A stretch of 64,000 nucleotides of DNA from Takakia lepidozioides (lineage: Eukaryota > Plantae > Bryophyta), in the NCBI GenBank assembly GCA_030704615.1, contig CM060732.1, positions 43,090,001 to 43,154,000 of the forward strand. Reading direction: 5' to 3'. This document shows positions 39,212 through 51,885 of this stretch, in pieces (within the stretch, counting starts at the first letter, position 1; each line of letters starts with the position of its first letter). Under the pieces are notes generated by a model that was given only the letters and a program-made list of their open reading frames with translations, had not been told where the DNA came from and made no database searches. The translations under genes and the position numbers were made by a program.

Positions 39212-39871
39212 CCGTACTTACCTAGCTTATTAGGCACTTCCGCGCCTAATAATTAATAAAAATGGAATATTATTAGGCAGATTCGTTTTTATTTATTTTT
39301 TATTTTTTATTTTTCACTTTTTTTGAAAGGGAACACCTAGGAGCGTATTATTTAGACACCTCACCTAGGTAATTTCCAAACATTAGGCATGTATTTTTTT
39401 ATTTTTTCTTAAGGGCATGTATTACAGTCAACCCTGCATAATAATGAACAATTGTTTTTTTTTTTTTGGGACCTCACTCAAAAACTATTGTTGAGGTAAT
39501 TTTCTTTTTAAAATACCCAGGTTTCCTTTTTTATTAAACAATTCAAAAAATAGATATTACCTCAACAATTGTTTTTGAGAAGATTCACATGAGATAGGTG
39601 ATGAGACTTATGGAGATGTAGTTGGAGGGCCCTTTGCGGTTGTGTGGACATGAAATTTTAAATTGTAGGCATTTTTGCCATTTTTTTGGACTTTAAATAA
39701 TACAATTTAGCCACATATTTGGACATTTTGGTATTTTTAACAATCTTCGAGCAATTAGGCACTTCTCAGGAAATTTTTCCAAGTTTTAGGCACATTTTCC
39801 CAAAATGTTCTAAATTTAATTAGGCACTTGATTTTGAATTAATTACTGCCTATCAAGCTAGGTAAGTACGG
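39212..39871. mobile_element. 660-bp Tc1/mariner-pogo-type MITE with TA TSD
   Basis: TA|CCGTACTTACCTAGCTTATTAGGCA ... TGCCTATCAAGCTAGGTAAGTACGG|TA. AT-rich interior with an internal 24-bp inverted repeat (39477-39500 / 39556-39579). Confidence 0.9.
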
Positions 39872-40197
39872 TAGTACAACTAGGCCTCGGTAATAGGGTC
39901 TGCGTTATTTTGAAAGGTTTGCGCGGGAACAATGTACATCTCGCGGAGGTGGTTTTCGGATGAACGTCTCGGATGATAAGCGCACTCGTCATCCAGTATA
40001 CTCGAGAAAGAGAATCATTCGTTTTTATTTTTTTTGTTTAAATGTATATAAATGTTAGTCTCATTTATATTTGAAGACCTCGTTGAGGTCCGGAAGCTGG
40101 TTCGGGATCTGGGTAGAGCTCCCAAGCTGGGGAGGGGGGCTGAGGAGGAGAGTGTGCAGAAGGAGGGCAGGAGCAGCGATAGCCAAGGAGGATCATC

Positions 40198-42494
40198 ATG
40201 TTCAAAAAGTAAGTATGGCTTTGATTGTTTGCTGTGCTTGGATTGAGCATGAGAGCTATTAGTTTCTTTCTTTGTTGGTGTGTTAGGTGTATGGGGTGGG
40301 GAGTTAGTTGCATTCGGATACGGTGATCTGCTGGGGGGGTTGGTATGAAGGATGTTGAATCCTGAGTCCGAGAATTTTGTTGCACTTTTGAATATTCCCT
40401 GCTTTCATTCTTGTCACGACTAGATGTATGAAAAGCGTAGAGAGGGTTTGTTAAGATCGGTGTGAAGTTGACGAAGGGAAGGATGAAGTGGTACTCTGAG
40501 GTGGGCTTCCTGCTTTCTTTCAAGTGGGAGCCAATCAGCTGCGGTGGCCATGATTGCTTTTCCATGATTGGTCTGTGATTGGGGCGCGAGCTTGACTAGT
40601 TGAGGGGGTTGGAGGGCAGATTTACGTCGGAGGAGGTAACTGGGCAGAACCAAGTGAAGGCATCTGTGCAACGAAAGATTCGTCAAAACATTGCTGAGGA
40701 GGTGTGCGGCGATCTATGTCCTCCCCTTCCATCTAGGTTTTTTTTTTAAGCGCTGTCCTTCCTTACAGGCAGGTGGTTCATCTGTGGTAATCCTTCGACT
40801 ACTCCAGAAGAAAAGTAGGGTTGGTAATATGGCGGGGTGATGATGGTGTGCAGTACCCTGACTTGGAGCCGTTGCTGGAAGACCTACTTCCCAAGAAGGC
40901 ACCTCTTATTGTGGCTAAATGGTAGGCATCCCATCTGCTGTCTTGATTGATCTGTAAAGCAGTTAATTTTTCAGAGACAATGGGAACCGTACAGGGAATG
41001 CATCATAGAACTTTGGCAACCATGTGCACTTCGACATTGAGCGTTTTCATGATTGCAAGGTTCATCCTTCACCTTGCCCTAACAGATCTGAGCGTGCCCT
41101 CACATCTGACATCTTGGTGTCAGTCATTTTGCCCAAATCTGCAATTTGTGGTAAGTTTCAGGGTTCAGGGTTTAGGGTTGGTTCTTTTTGGGGATCCCAG
41201 GTGAATGGTATCTTATATTGTGGTGGGTGGGGCAGTCAGAATCACATCAATCTGGTGGTGGTGAACAATGTGCCTCTCTTTTTCAATGTGAGGGATGGCC
41301 CCTACATGCCTACGTTGCGGCTTCTACATCAGTGTAAGCTCCAATTGCATGCTGAGGACTAGAATACCTGCCAAAACATGAGGGTGATCACTCCTATGGA
41401 TATTATTATTGTTTGTACCAGATATTCCTCACTTCTGCACCCTTGCTCGGTATAGCTGCTGTGACTGCTATTAGTTGTAGAAATTGCGGGGGATTGTAAG
41501 TCTGTTTCATCTTTTGGGGAGTAGGGTACCTGATTTGCAAGGGTGGGTATGGATGAAGATCCAGGAATAATGAAGATGTTCCGGGTGGATAGAGGAGCCA
41601 TCAAGTTTGTGTTGGCAGGCGCTAATATCATGTGCCCAGGCCTTACTTCTGCTGGCGGGGCTCTGGATAATGATGTGCCTGCGGAGGCCCCTGTGGTATT
41701 TAACCCCTTTCCCATTTTGTTGGTGTCTTCAGTCAGAAGAGTACAAGGCTAGAGTTCTACTGGGTCCTGAGCATCATGAAAATAAGTATGTATGGAAAGA
41801 GAATGTGTTCAGGATACTCTGGCAACTAGGAGGTAAGAAGGCTAGTGTTGAGGTAGTGAAATTGCAACTAACATTGTCTCCCTCAGGCAATCATGGCAGA
41901 GGGCAAGCAGCATGCGCTCGCCATCGGGTACACCAAGATGTCAGCCCAAGCCATGTATGTTTGCTCCAACTTAAACTTCACTTACCTGAAAGGATGTTCT
42001 TTGGTATTCTCTATGCTAGACTGTCTTCAGATTTGCTGAAAGTTTGAGGGAGTTTTCGCAGAAAGAGCATCAACAAAGGTATAGGCGTGGACAATATGCA
42101 CTACCTCAATGATGGGCTTTGGAAGGTAAATCCATTTTATTTCAAATTATTGCTTCCTGAGTGCATGGAAGTGAGTTAGTCCCTCTAGCGATCTCCTCAT
42201 GTGACCGGCATTGCTGTCCAGCTCCTTGTGGCACTGAGCCCTTGGAACTTAGTATGGTATCAACAAGTCATGCTACTCAGGCAGTTGTTTGTGCAGCAAT
42301 GAAGAGTTTCCAGCACTTACAGATCATGAAAGGTTCCCCAGGAGTCCTGTGCCCCTCACAGTTGACAGTTGTTTTACTTAGTAGTCCCCTCATATGAGTA
42401 TGCACATATCTTTCAATCAGATTAGAACCTCCTGTGGTATTAATGATATGATGATGGTCATGGGTTTGGATGGCAGACACTACACCTGGACTGA
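40198..42494 (+). CDS. MCTS1: MCT-1/Tma20 translation re-initiation factor (pre-PUA + PUA)
   Basis: Eight exons: MFKK|[27 protein letters not shown]|[23 protein letters not shown]|[32 protein letters not shown]|[31 protein letters not shown]...|[20 protein letters not shown]|[21 protein letters not shown]|TLHLD*. Confidence 0.95.
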
Positions 42495-43094
42495 TGGTTC
42501 ATGGAGGAGCTAGGAAAAGGAACTAGGAAAGAAAGAGCAACTAGAGATTTGAGCGAAAAGTATGGTAGTAGTGGCACAAGAACACACCCAGAAGTTCTGG
42601 ATAAGGCTGCTGGGTTGTTATAGAGAGCTGACTCCCAGTTGCAGGGTTTTCAGTGGACCACCTTTTGAAGTAAAGGTTGACAATGAACATTCATGTATGT
42701 AATTATTTGTTAATTGTCCTTGTCACTCACTGGGAAATTCAAGGTGAAGTGGGCATCTTGATCCATTACTGTAAGATTTGAATGTTGCTTGCGTTGATTG
42801 CGGAGCTGGTTACTATGATGACGCTAGAGTATGGCGCTGGGATGAGATCATAGTAACCTTGTATGTAGCCCTCCGCAGGAACATAGATATGAGATTGTGA
42901 GTGGAGCTTTGTCTCAAACTGACATGAGGTGATCATCCCATCCAACTGCCTGAATCAAATCAGACAACGAAACTCTTGGGGACATAGAGAAGGAGAGGAG
43001 AAGATGACTATTTTTGTCCATTCTAGGGCCATTGGGCACGATCAAGAGAGCGCTCGAAGCTCTTGTTGGCTTTGTGAATCAGTCAATGTTAAGA

Positions 43095-43660
43095 TGATCA
43101 GATTTTTGCTGAGTTTGGCAGGTCACTGGAGAGTATAAGGTATCCGCTGCGAAAATGCAGAGTCCTCTATTCGAAGTATGGAAACTTCAGGGCAAGTTTG
43201 GCAGCTTCCAAATATCTCACATGGCAAGGGAATGCAACACCACAGCAGATGCCCCTGCCAACCAAGGCATTGATGAGGCCCTCTCCAAGCAGTTCAACCG
43301 ATTCTAGACGAAGAGACCGTGTCATTCGTAACTGATCCAGGATGTATATTGCCAGAAGCCCTGAAGCGCAGTACCTTGTTGCTTATTGATCCTTCACAAC
43401 AATTTTTCACTTGCCAGAGATGAGGAAGCGGTTCGGAGCTGTGTGCTTCGGCGAATGTTAAGAGCGCGCAGCTCATCAGAGCCTTGGTGGATCGCATCTC
43501 TGATACCTTCATTGGCAGCTCAACAAGGTCTTACAATACGACCTCCATTTAACGCTCTCCTTTAAGAAAACTTTATTCAGGCTATACATGAATTAACAGA
43601 TCAAAAGTAGTACTTTGCTGATCAAACTGCTGCTAATAGTTTCTTAGAGACGCATGAGGT
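43095..43660 (+). pseudogene. Orphan duplicate of RNase H exon 2 plus 3' UTR (copy of ~48173-48710)
   Basis: ggcag|VTGEYKVSAAKMQSPLFEVWKLQGKFGSFQISHMARECNTTADAPANQGIDEAL; the downstream UTR also matches; no exon 1 upstream. Confidence 0.85.
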
Positions 43661-43764
43661 GCTCTGTTGTGCAACAGCAGTATTAACCCCTAATCTCCCA
43701 AAACCTTTTTTGCTTAACTGGGTAAAAAATGGCACTCCCACCTATGGAAAGAGCCATATCTACT

Positions 43765-43860
43765 TGAGCAACTGTGAGAAAGATGTTGCTCTTCACGTCC
43801 CGGTGAGTAATGCTAGGGCTGCATGTGTGCAAATATTCCAACCCTGTCCACTCCAAAGAA
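43765..43860 (-). pseudogene. Receptor-like kinase catalytic-loop fragment
   Basis: GLEYLHTCSPSITHRDVKSNIFL (subdomains VIa-VIb) only. Confidence 0.7.
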
Positions 43861-45682
43861 GTCGAGCTACCTCTTCCCAGCCTCCAGTAAAACAACTTTC
43901 TGAGTCTCTAATTGGCATGGAACAGTCTAGGTTTATACCCTAATCCGATTCCGGGCGAACAAGATTGCCTAATGGTCATACAAGGGCTTTACAACTTCTA
44001 TCAACTCTATCTCTAAAACCTGTGATATCTTTTTCTTCACTCATTCGCTTTTTGAGAGTCATAGAAGGAATTCATAACTCCCACGGATCCTGAGGGTTCA
44101 TGGTACAAATTGGGAGGTTAAGACAAGATAGAAAACAACGCATCAAAAGACTTCACATGTCACTGGGAGAAGGACTAGTCCCATGGGGCACAAAAGAACA
44201 ACACTTGAAACCAAAGAGAAAATCAAACCTTCATAAAGGGGCATCTCATGCAGGTGAGCTGCTTAGGACTTTGGGTCCTCATGCATGAAGGCCTATAACA
44301 AGACTGGAACACTGAATGATACGAGTATCTTACTGTGCAAGAGGGAGAGACTAATAATTCATCTTCTTGCTTTCAGCCGTTCGTCCCCAAAGGACAGCAT
44401 GTTTTTTGACTAGTAGGATTTGACTTGATGTTCTCAAGGATTTTCCCTTTTCCTACATGCAGCCGGCGAGCCCACCAACCTTTCACTAGTAATTTAGAGG
44501 CTCGGGTCAGCAAGGACCCCAAACCAAACTACATGGTCTAATCATGGCTGGTTCTGTTGTACCTTCCGTAACCTCTAAAATGTGAGTGAAGAAGTTACTA
44601 GGTTCTCACAAAATATTTGTTGTTCTTGAGTGAGTTTTGTAGAATTTCCTTTGATTTTTAATGGTCAATGGTACTGTTGCATGGATAATCTCTTGAATGC
44701 TGACATGTCAACATGCTGAAATGTTGAGCTTTAAACTCGGGGGGCACCCTAAACCCCAGGCTCTACAGGTTGCTTTCACAAGTCCCGGAGATCGATGGTA
44801 TGTTAGAGGAATTAATGAAAACCATTGATTGGATGCCTGTGTAACTCATAGTGTTGTTCATGTACAAAAGAGCCCAACCAGAAGGATCTGCTGATTTCAA
44901 TTTACATCTAGCAGTTGCTTTCAGTCAGTGTGGCAGATTTCTATTTACCTCAACCCTTACAGCAACACTAAGGGAAAAAGAATAATGCCAATATCTTTCA
45001 TTTGACTTGGGCCTAAAGGGGAGAAATGGTTGCCCTTCTCACTCACAAAAATGCCACCCATCAATTCAAGTCTTAATCATCTCTCTACACTGGTTCAGTC
45101 GAATGGTGAGGCCCAGATCAGATACCGTAGGATTTTGAGGTTCACCCCACAGTACTTTATGTTACTGGTAGGTTTGCAACCTTAGAGTGCCTTTCACGCT
45201 TCGCTACGAGTACAGTTAAGGACAAGCCATTGGGATTTTGAAATAATTATCTGGTTTGATGTGCACTGTTGGCAAGAGGCTCACACTCAAATGCATCAGC
45301 AATTGGTTGACTTGGGGTCAGTTTCTTTCCTCCGAAGGCCAAAAGCTGCCAAATCTGCACATAAAGTGGAATTATTACGCAGGAGTAGAGCACGATTGAG
45401 TACTCTCTGAAGCCTGTCTCAAATCCCAATACAATACGTAAACTGCTTGATGCATATCCATAAACGTTTCAGTACCAACACTTCATCAGAATCCAACAAC
45501 GGGACAGAAAAACAATAGGGGAAAAGTCCCTCACTCATTCACCACCTATTAAACAAACACTATATTGAAATTTGACTCACCTCTGCAATTCATCCGTAGT
45601 CATCATGCCAACCCTCTTTTCATTTTAATGCTCCTGGATAACGCAGAGAGGATTCTATTTTGAAAGAGAGTAGAGGTGGTAC

Positions 45683-46449
45683 TCACCATTCGCAGTACTT
45701 AGTAGGAACAATGCCCCACTTGTTCTTTGCATACACTCCACAATATGTGAAAGCGTCCGGCTTGTACTGCAGCTTCCTTGTAAATCCGAGTTGTCTCAGC
45801 CCCTCCCTTACCCTTTTCACATCATCCACATCCAAATAATTCTCTGTGTACATGCACATCACATGATTGTTCTCCATGGGTTTTTTGGGGGAAACCTTTG
45901 CTAGGGGCCCAAGAAGCCCACTCATGGTGCCTTCCGCTACCTGTGATTCGGCAAATGCTCTTACATACCAACATTCAGCCCGGGCTGGAACTTTGAAGTC
46001 ATTGTCCGTCTCAAAACCTCTAATAACCCTCACAAACAAGGTAGCAACGCCTATCGTGCAACAAGTTGCAATCACAGTTAACCCTAATCCAGAATCATAG
46101 ATATGAACAAAGTAATATGTGCTGCTCACATCAATTACATTGGGGAGAACATCACCTTGGACCAATCCAGATCGACCGTCGACGAATTGGAGAAGATGAG
46201 CCACTTGCCAAACAGCACGTTATACTCTACCGCAAGGGCATCCAGATCTGCAGCATCCACCTTATCACCTCTGCTCAGGCAAAGGCTGCTCCAAGCGGCA
46301 AGAAGCCCATCAGTGTCGTCTTCCACTTCTTTTGGATCTGCAATTCGGATCCAGATCCAAGGAACTCTCGGGTCGGTTGTGGTTGAGGGTCGCCATGATT
46401 GTAGGAAATGTTGCAGGCTCTGGACTTTTGGGTCGAACATGGCCGCCAT
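45683..46449 (-). CDS. DUF1917 / Bles03 (C11orf68, UPF0696) eIF4E-like-fold protein
   Basis: Exon 1 46449-46156 (FLQSWRPS...WIWI...GKWLIF...VDLDWSK) plus exon 2 45940-45683 (VAEGTMSGLLGPLAKVSP...HVMCMYTENYLDVDDVKRV...LGF...YKPDAFTYCGVYAKNKWGIVPTKY). Confidence 0.85.
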
Positions 46450-47291
46450 GTTCTGGGGTTTAGTCTGCGGCACCGCCACCCTCACTTCACACACCTTGCT
46501 AGTGTAATAAGAAGAGATATGAGAGATGAGAGACTCGGCACACTCAAATCTTACATCAGTCCACATGCTTCTCCATTGCTATGGTGCTAAGTTAAGCTTC
46601 GTAGAAATCCAAGGTCTGCTATTTTGCACACAAATAGAAAGCAGCAGCTGTAAATATTGTATGTATGCCTTACGTCTGCACTAGTTGAGCATGACTCTGG
46701 CAACACTGCTACAAACCGCTGCTTGTACCTGTGCCCGTTGCATACTAGTTACATATCGATGTAATTGTTGCGACATCAAGTAAATAACATGGATGCTGAC
46801 TAGAATGGTTTAGGTGAAAGAGTACCTATATCAATCCCTGACTGTACATTCCCCCATTCCTATATGCAATTGCTGCTCAGATTTTCAACCAAAGATTTTG
46901 TCAGAGTTCAAACCATTAAACTGCAATAGTTCATATCTGTGTAGCTTACGATGTTAAGGCTCCCTTGACATCATTTATAGGTCCGATGCAACCAAATTGT
47001 ACTGCTAGCTCCCAGCTCACGTCAATCTTGAGCCTGCACAATCACAAATAGATAATCAAATCATGTATCCAAGAGCCTCAAATAAACAAGTCTCGTATCT
47101 CTTCCTCGTGTCCATTTTTTGTGGTAAGGAATCTAATTTATGCTAAGGTTCTAATCCCCCTCGATCCAATTGCTTCTCGGCATTGGTAACCCAATCCGCT
47201 GGTGTAGGCATTGAAGTGCCACATTGTTCACAGTGATCTTAGAGTGCTGTGAATGTGAAGGAGGGTTGTTTGCTTTTCGATCCACTCCATT

Positions 47292-48386
47292 ATGGTGGGG
47301 GATCATGGTCCAGGTTCACAAGATTTTCCATACCATCTCGAGTTTGATGGGGCTGCGCGAGGAAATCCGGGGCATGGTGGGATAGGAGCAGTCCTCATAA
47401 GCCCTACGCAGGAACATAGATATGCGATTGTGAGCAGGTGTATTGGCCCCAATGTATCAAATAATGAGGCAGAGTATGAAGCCCTCATTGCAGGTCTGGA
47501 GGGCGCACTGGCTTTCGGTGTCAAGCATGTCTGGGTCCGTGGGGACTCCGAGCTTGTCGTCAAGCAGGTGATGACTGTTTACATGCTTGTTATGCTTGTT
47601 GACGCTGGTGTTCATGCTTTCATATGCCTGTGTGGGTCTGGTGTCTCCCTGCAGCAGTCTGTATATGCATGGGGCATGTATATGTAAGTTTGCGGAGGAG
47701 AGATATGTAGATACTTTACTGGAGTTTGTGGAAGGCGCGCTCCATTGGTGACACGCACCTGTGTCGATGAAGTTGATTCTGGGTTTTCTTGATTTTGCAA
47801 AGAAATACCTTGATCCACATGTTTACTCCAGAATTCGTCGACATTGAGAGCGACAGCTGCTTGACTAGTGTCAAATCTTTGCACTGAACGAAAGGTGTAG
47901 CAGCAATGCATTCGAATTGTTTAGGGTTTAATGCAGCCTACTCGCAGTTTGACGACCTCCGCTGTTGGTGGTCCTTGAGTGCCCTTGCTCGAATAAGGTT
48001 GCGAAGACGCTCCGGTTTTGAGCTGCATGACCTCCCTTGCCTTACAACTCTTGGGGGCATAGAGAATGAAAGGAAAAGATAATTATTCTGTCCACCTGAG
48101 GGGCGTCGGACGCTAACCAGAGAGAGAGAGCACAAGTTGGCATTGTGAACCACTCAATATCCGTAGGTTTAAATGATCAGATTTTTGCTGAGATTGGCAG
48201 GTCACTGGAGAATATAAGGCATCCGCCACGAACATGCAGATTCTTCTAGCCCAAGTGCAGTACCTTCAGGGAAAGTTCGACAGCTTCGAAATATCTCACG
48301 TCGCAAGGGAGTTCAACGCCATAGCAGATGGTCTTGCCAACCAAGCTATTAATGAGGCCCTCTCCGAGCCAACCATGCAGCACTAA
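47292..48386 (+). CDS. Minimal archaeal-like RNase HI (RVT_3-type), ~153 aa
   Basis: Exon 1 47292-47567 (LEFDGAARGNPGHGGIGAVL...NNEAEYEALIAGL...RGDSELVVKQ) plus exon 2 48201-48386 (VTGEY...HVAREFNAIADGLANQA). All four catalytic acidic residues (D-E-D-D) are present. Confidence 0.88.
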
Positions 48387-51304
48387 ACTGATTTGAGGAG
48401 ATGAAATTGTGTCAGAACTGATCCAGAATGTAGATTGCTCCAGGCGGTGAAAGAGAGTGCCTTGTTGCTTATTGATCCTTCACGGTGAGGGGGCAATTGG
48501 TAGCGGTGTGGTTATCCATTTATGTTATGAGCAGGTAGCCCATCAGAGCTTTGGTGGATCTGATCTCTAATAGCTTCATTGGCAGCTCAACAAGAAGTTT
48601 ACGAAACGACTTCCATTTAATGTTCTCCTCGAAGCATGAATCAACAGATCAAAGCACTTTGCTGATCAAAATGCTGCTGATAGTTTCGTGGAGATGAATG
48701 GGGCACTCTGTAACTGAAAGCATTCACATCTGTTGTGCAACAAGCAAGGGCACACATCTATCCCTCACTCAATATGGGCATTGAAACTCTCATCTACTCA
48801 ATGGACTGCAATCTAAATCAGATGTTTTCTACTTTGTTTGACTTCTATTTGTCCAAGAGCTGCAACACTCGTATACTGTCAGCTGACAATTCATGTGGAA
48901 CAAACAAGTCATTGATGCACCTATTGTGTGAAAGAATCAAATCCAGCTGATTGGATCATGGGCCTAACAAAGAGTTCAGGGTTGATGAATGGAATCAAAG
49001 CCATGGTGATAGCATGCTCCAAGTAGGATTGTTGCCTGCTGTTTTGACCGGTCAGCACTGCATCCATGGAATGCTTGCCATTTATGTGCCTAAGCTTGTT
49101 GTCATCTACAATCCAATCGCACCCCCATTTTTTTAGCAATTTCAAAACTCCGAACTTTACTACAAGTACAACATTCACCAATTGATAGATAATACCAGTT
49201 ACTTCTGATACTTCATAACTGCAGTAGGTGAGGACAGAGAATTTGTTTTCGGATATATGGGAAGTCTTTTCAAACTGTTGGTCCGCACTCTCCTCCAATT
49301 TTCAAATTGAATCTCCAAATTGTAGGAGAAGCTCAAGCAAAAGCTAAACTTGCATTTCATAAGCTCACTTACAGAGATGAGAACCAGATGCACCAACTAG
49401 TATGGGAAAAATTACATAAGCAAGCACTCTGTCTTCAGACAACTGTACTAAGCTCAGATCATGGCAGACAATAGTTTGTCTGCTTGTTTGCCGTCTCCTG
49501 CACATTATTAAACCCAATTCTGATGCGATTTTTGCAGGTTCAACAATATGAAGAAGATCGGGATAGTATTACCTGTGATCAGCTCGGCAACTGGAGGAGG
49601 CAACATGAGGGGAGCTGTCTGTGCCTTGCCATCAACATCCATGGATAATACTACTGCCCAAGCAATGCACATGAATTGTGGCTCTTCTACAAATGTGCAC
49701 CATTCAACACTGGCTTCAATTGCCACAACCACATCTAGCTCCTCTCCACTCTCTGATACCGAATCAGATCTGGTTGTTGATCTTTGTGGGCTCCAAAATT
49801 TGCCAAAGGCCTGTGAGCTTTGACGTGTCACCAGTTCCAAGCTTAAAACTTGAGTTGAAGAATACAAAAGAGGGCACCCAGTCGCCATTGCAAGTATTTG
49901 CACTGGCTTTCTGGTGGAATAATTGGTTGTCCTGTTGGTTCTTCTGACACTCTGTGCTGGCCTCCCTGCTAAAGAGAGACAAGTACATTCATGACCTAAG
50001 GAGAAGGCAAAGCTAATGAAAGACAATCTGGATCCTGATCCATCAAATCTTCTGTGCTTGTGTGACTGTCGAAGAAACTGTGCCTTGGGAGGCCTCACTG
50101 GCCACACAAGCGTCTCAGGCCCTGTCTTCGTTATCAGGTGCATGTTTTCACCATACATGAGTATATTCATCAACGTCGCAGGACCAGCCTATTTTACTCC
50201 CACGAATTGGACTCCAGGCTTACAAGTCTCGAGCCTCCTTGCAGATGCCAATAGCTTCAGGTGTATCCTTAGCATGATTGCCCCAGCTTCCTACAGGAAA
50301 GGAGTCATTTACTACTCGTACTGCCACGAGATAAGTAACCGTCCTCTGCAATGGCATGGCAAAGCCCGCGGGTCAAGACCTTTCTGACTCTTAAGTCGAG
50401 TCCAAACAGCATAGTACATCAAGAGCCCAATGGGGAGGGAGCGAGAATCTGAAGTGTAAGAGGTGTAGCTGAGAATTCAGCTGAGGGTAGGAGGCCATGT
50501 CCACAATCCGATTATGTCGAATTATGACCAGGATTTTTTGGACTCAGTTGACACGGCCCCCAAACTCCTTGCACATGTAGGAACTTACTGAAATCCTCTC
50601 GAATCGCTATTAAATTGCGTCCTACCTTAGGATGAGGCCGTCTAGTGGGAGGTGGAAAGGAGCAAATTAGTCTCCAATTTCAGCTCATGTCGGCAGAGGA
50701 ATTCTAGCACTAATTTGCTAAACCAGGAGAGAGAGAGAACTAAGGGTACCGGGAGATCGATACAGCCTCACAATCCAGACTCTTGACACAATTTACTCGA
50801 GCATGCAGGATTGCACTCATCAAGACAACCTCAGCCATGGATCACCTGCCACCCAGCTGCGTGAACGCTGTAATCTGTGCGCAAAATACTCAGGTCAGCA
50901 CTCTTGTCAAATGATTCACTCACTCGTCAGGCCCTCATAAAACCGATTGCACGAACTGTTGGAAGAGGCCCACAATGAATGCGGAAGACAGGGCAGCACG
51001 GGACGCTGCGTGCTCGTCTCTCTCGAAACCGCACGTGTGGATATTTTCCTTAATCAAATAATTAGTGACTAGTTAATTACGTTACTTGGTTACAAATCAG
51101 GATTAGTGACATCATTTTCCTTAAGTGACTCCTAATTTAATTTAATTTAATTAGACTGGCATAATTAGTTTTCGTTGGGATTGCGTGATAGCCCTATACT
51201 ATCCACACGTTCAAGGCCACAAGTGTCGAGCTACAAAATAAAATACGGTCTCCGATATATCCCATAATGTTTGCAGATAACTTCCTAACCGTGGCAGCTG
51301 CCGG

Positions 51305-51377
51305 CTCCTATATATATACAACCGGGCACTGCGAAAGCCAGACGGTGAAGGTTTTTGTACAGAGTTGGTGGAGGTGG

Positions 51378-51422
<45 letters not shown>
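51305..51422 (+). promoter_or_regulatory. TATA box followed by a ~(GA)20 microsatellite (candidate Pol II promoter/5' UTR)
   Basis: CCTATATATATA at ~51307, GA tract at ~51381-51421, upstream G-box/ABRE-like CACGTGTGG (~51032). Confidence 0.45.
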
Positions 51423-51423
<1 letters not shown>

Positions 51424-51885
51424 TGCGATCGTGGAGGGATGGATCCAATGGGACCTTCCAGCCTGCCCTTATAGACGGCCCGATGATTCTGAAGGAGTCG
51501 TGAGTGCATGCCAGGCTGCTTGATCTGCAGATTGAACTTCTAATTGTAACTGTACAGCTTATAAGATGGGTGCTGCTGGTATGCGTGTATGACTAAGTAT
51601 CAATCAATCGTGGGAAATCGACGTAGTACTGCAGGACTGCACTTTAATTTGGACCATCGACATCATACTATGTCCAGATATATTAGTTCTGGCAGGGCGC
51701 TTCTTTGATCAGTTCATATATGTATGCATATGGATTCCAAGATCAGAAGACGAAAATTCGATCCGGCGGCCAGGTAATGGAAATGAAATCACAAACTGAC
51801 AAACCGCAACCCATTCACACAGAAGAGATCATAGTCGTTGTAGAGCTCCTCTAGAGTTGTGGTTCTACTTGAGCTGCACACATGT

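Noticed and set aside
48112-48135. miR156/529-like AGAGAGAGAGAGCAC
   Set aside because: Low-complexity match within an intron with no complementary star arm nearby.
48716-50390. ORFs 49508-50173 (-), 49548-49823 (+) and 50016-50387 (+)
   Set aside because: No recognisable domain or consistent exon chain; possibly a decayed gene, but unsupported.
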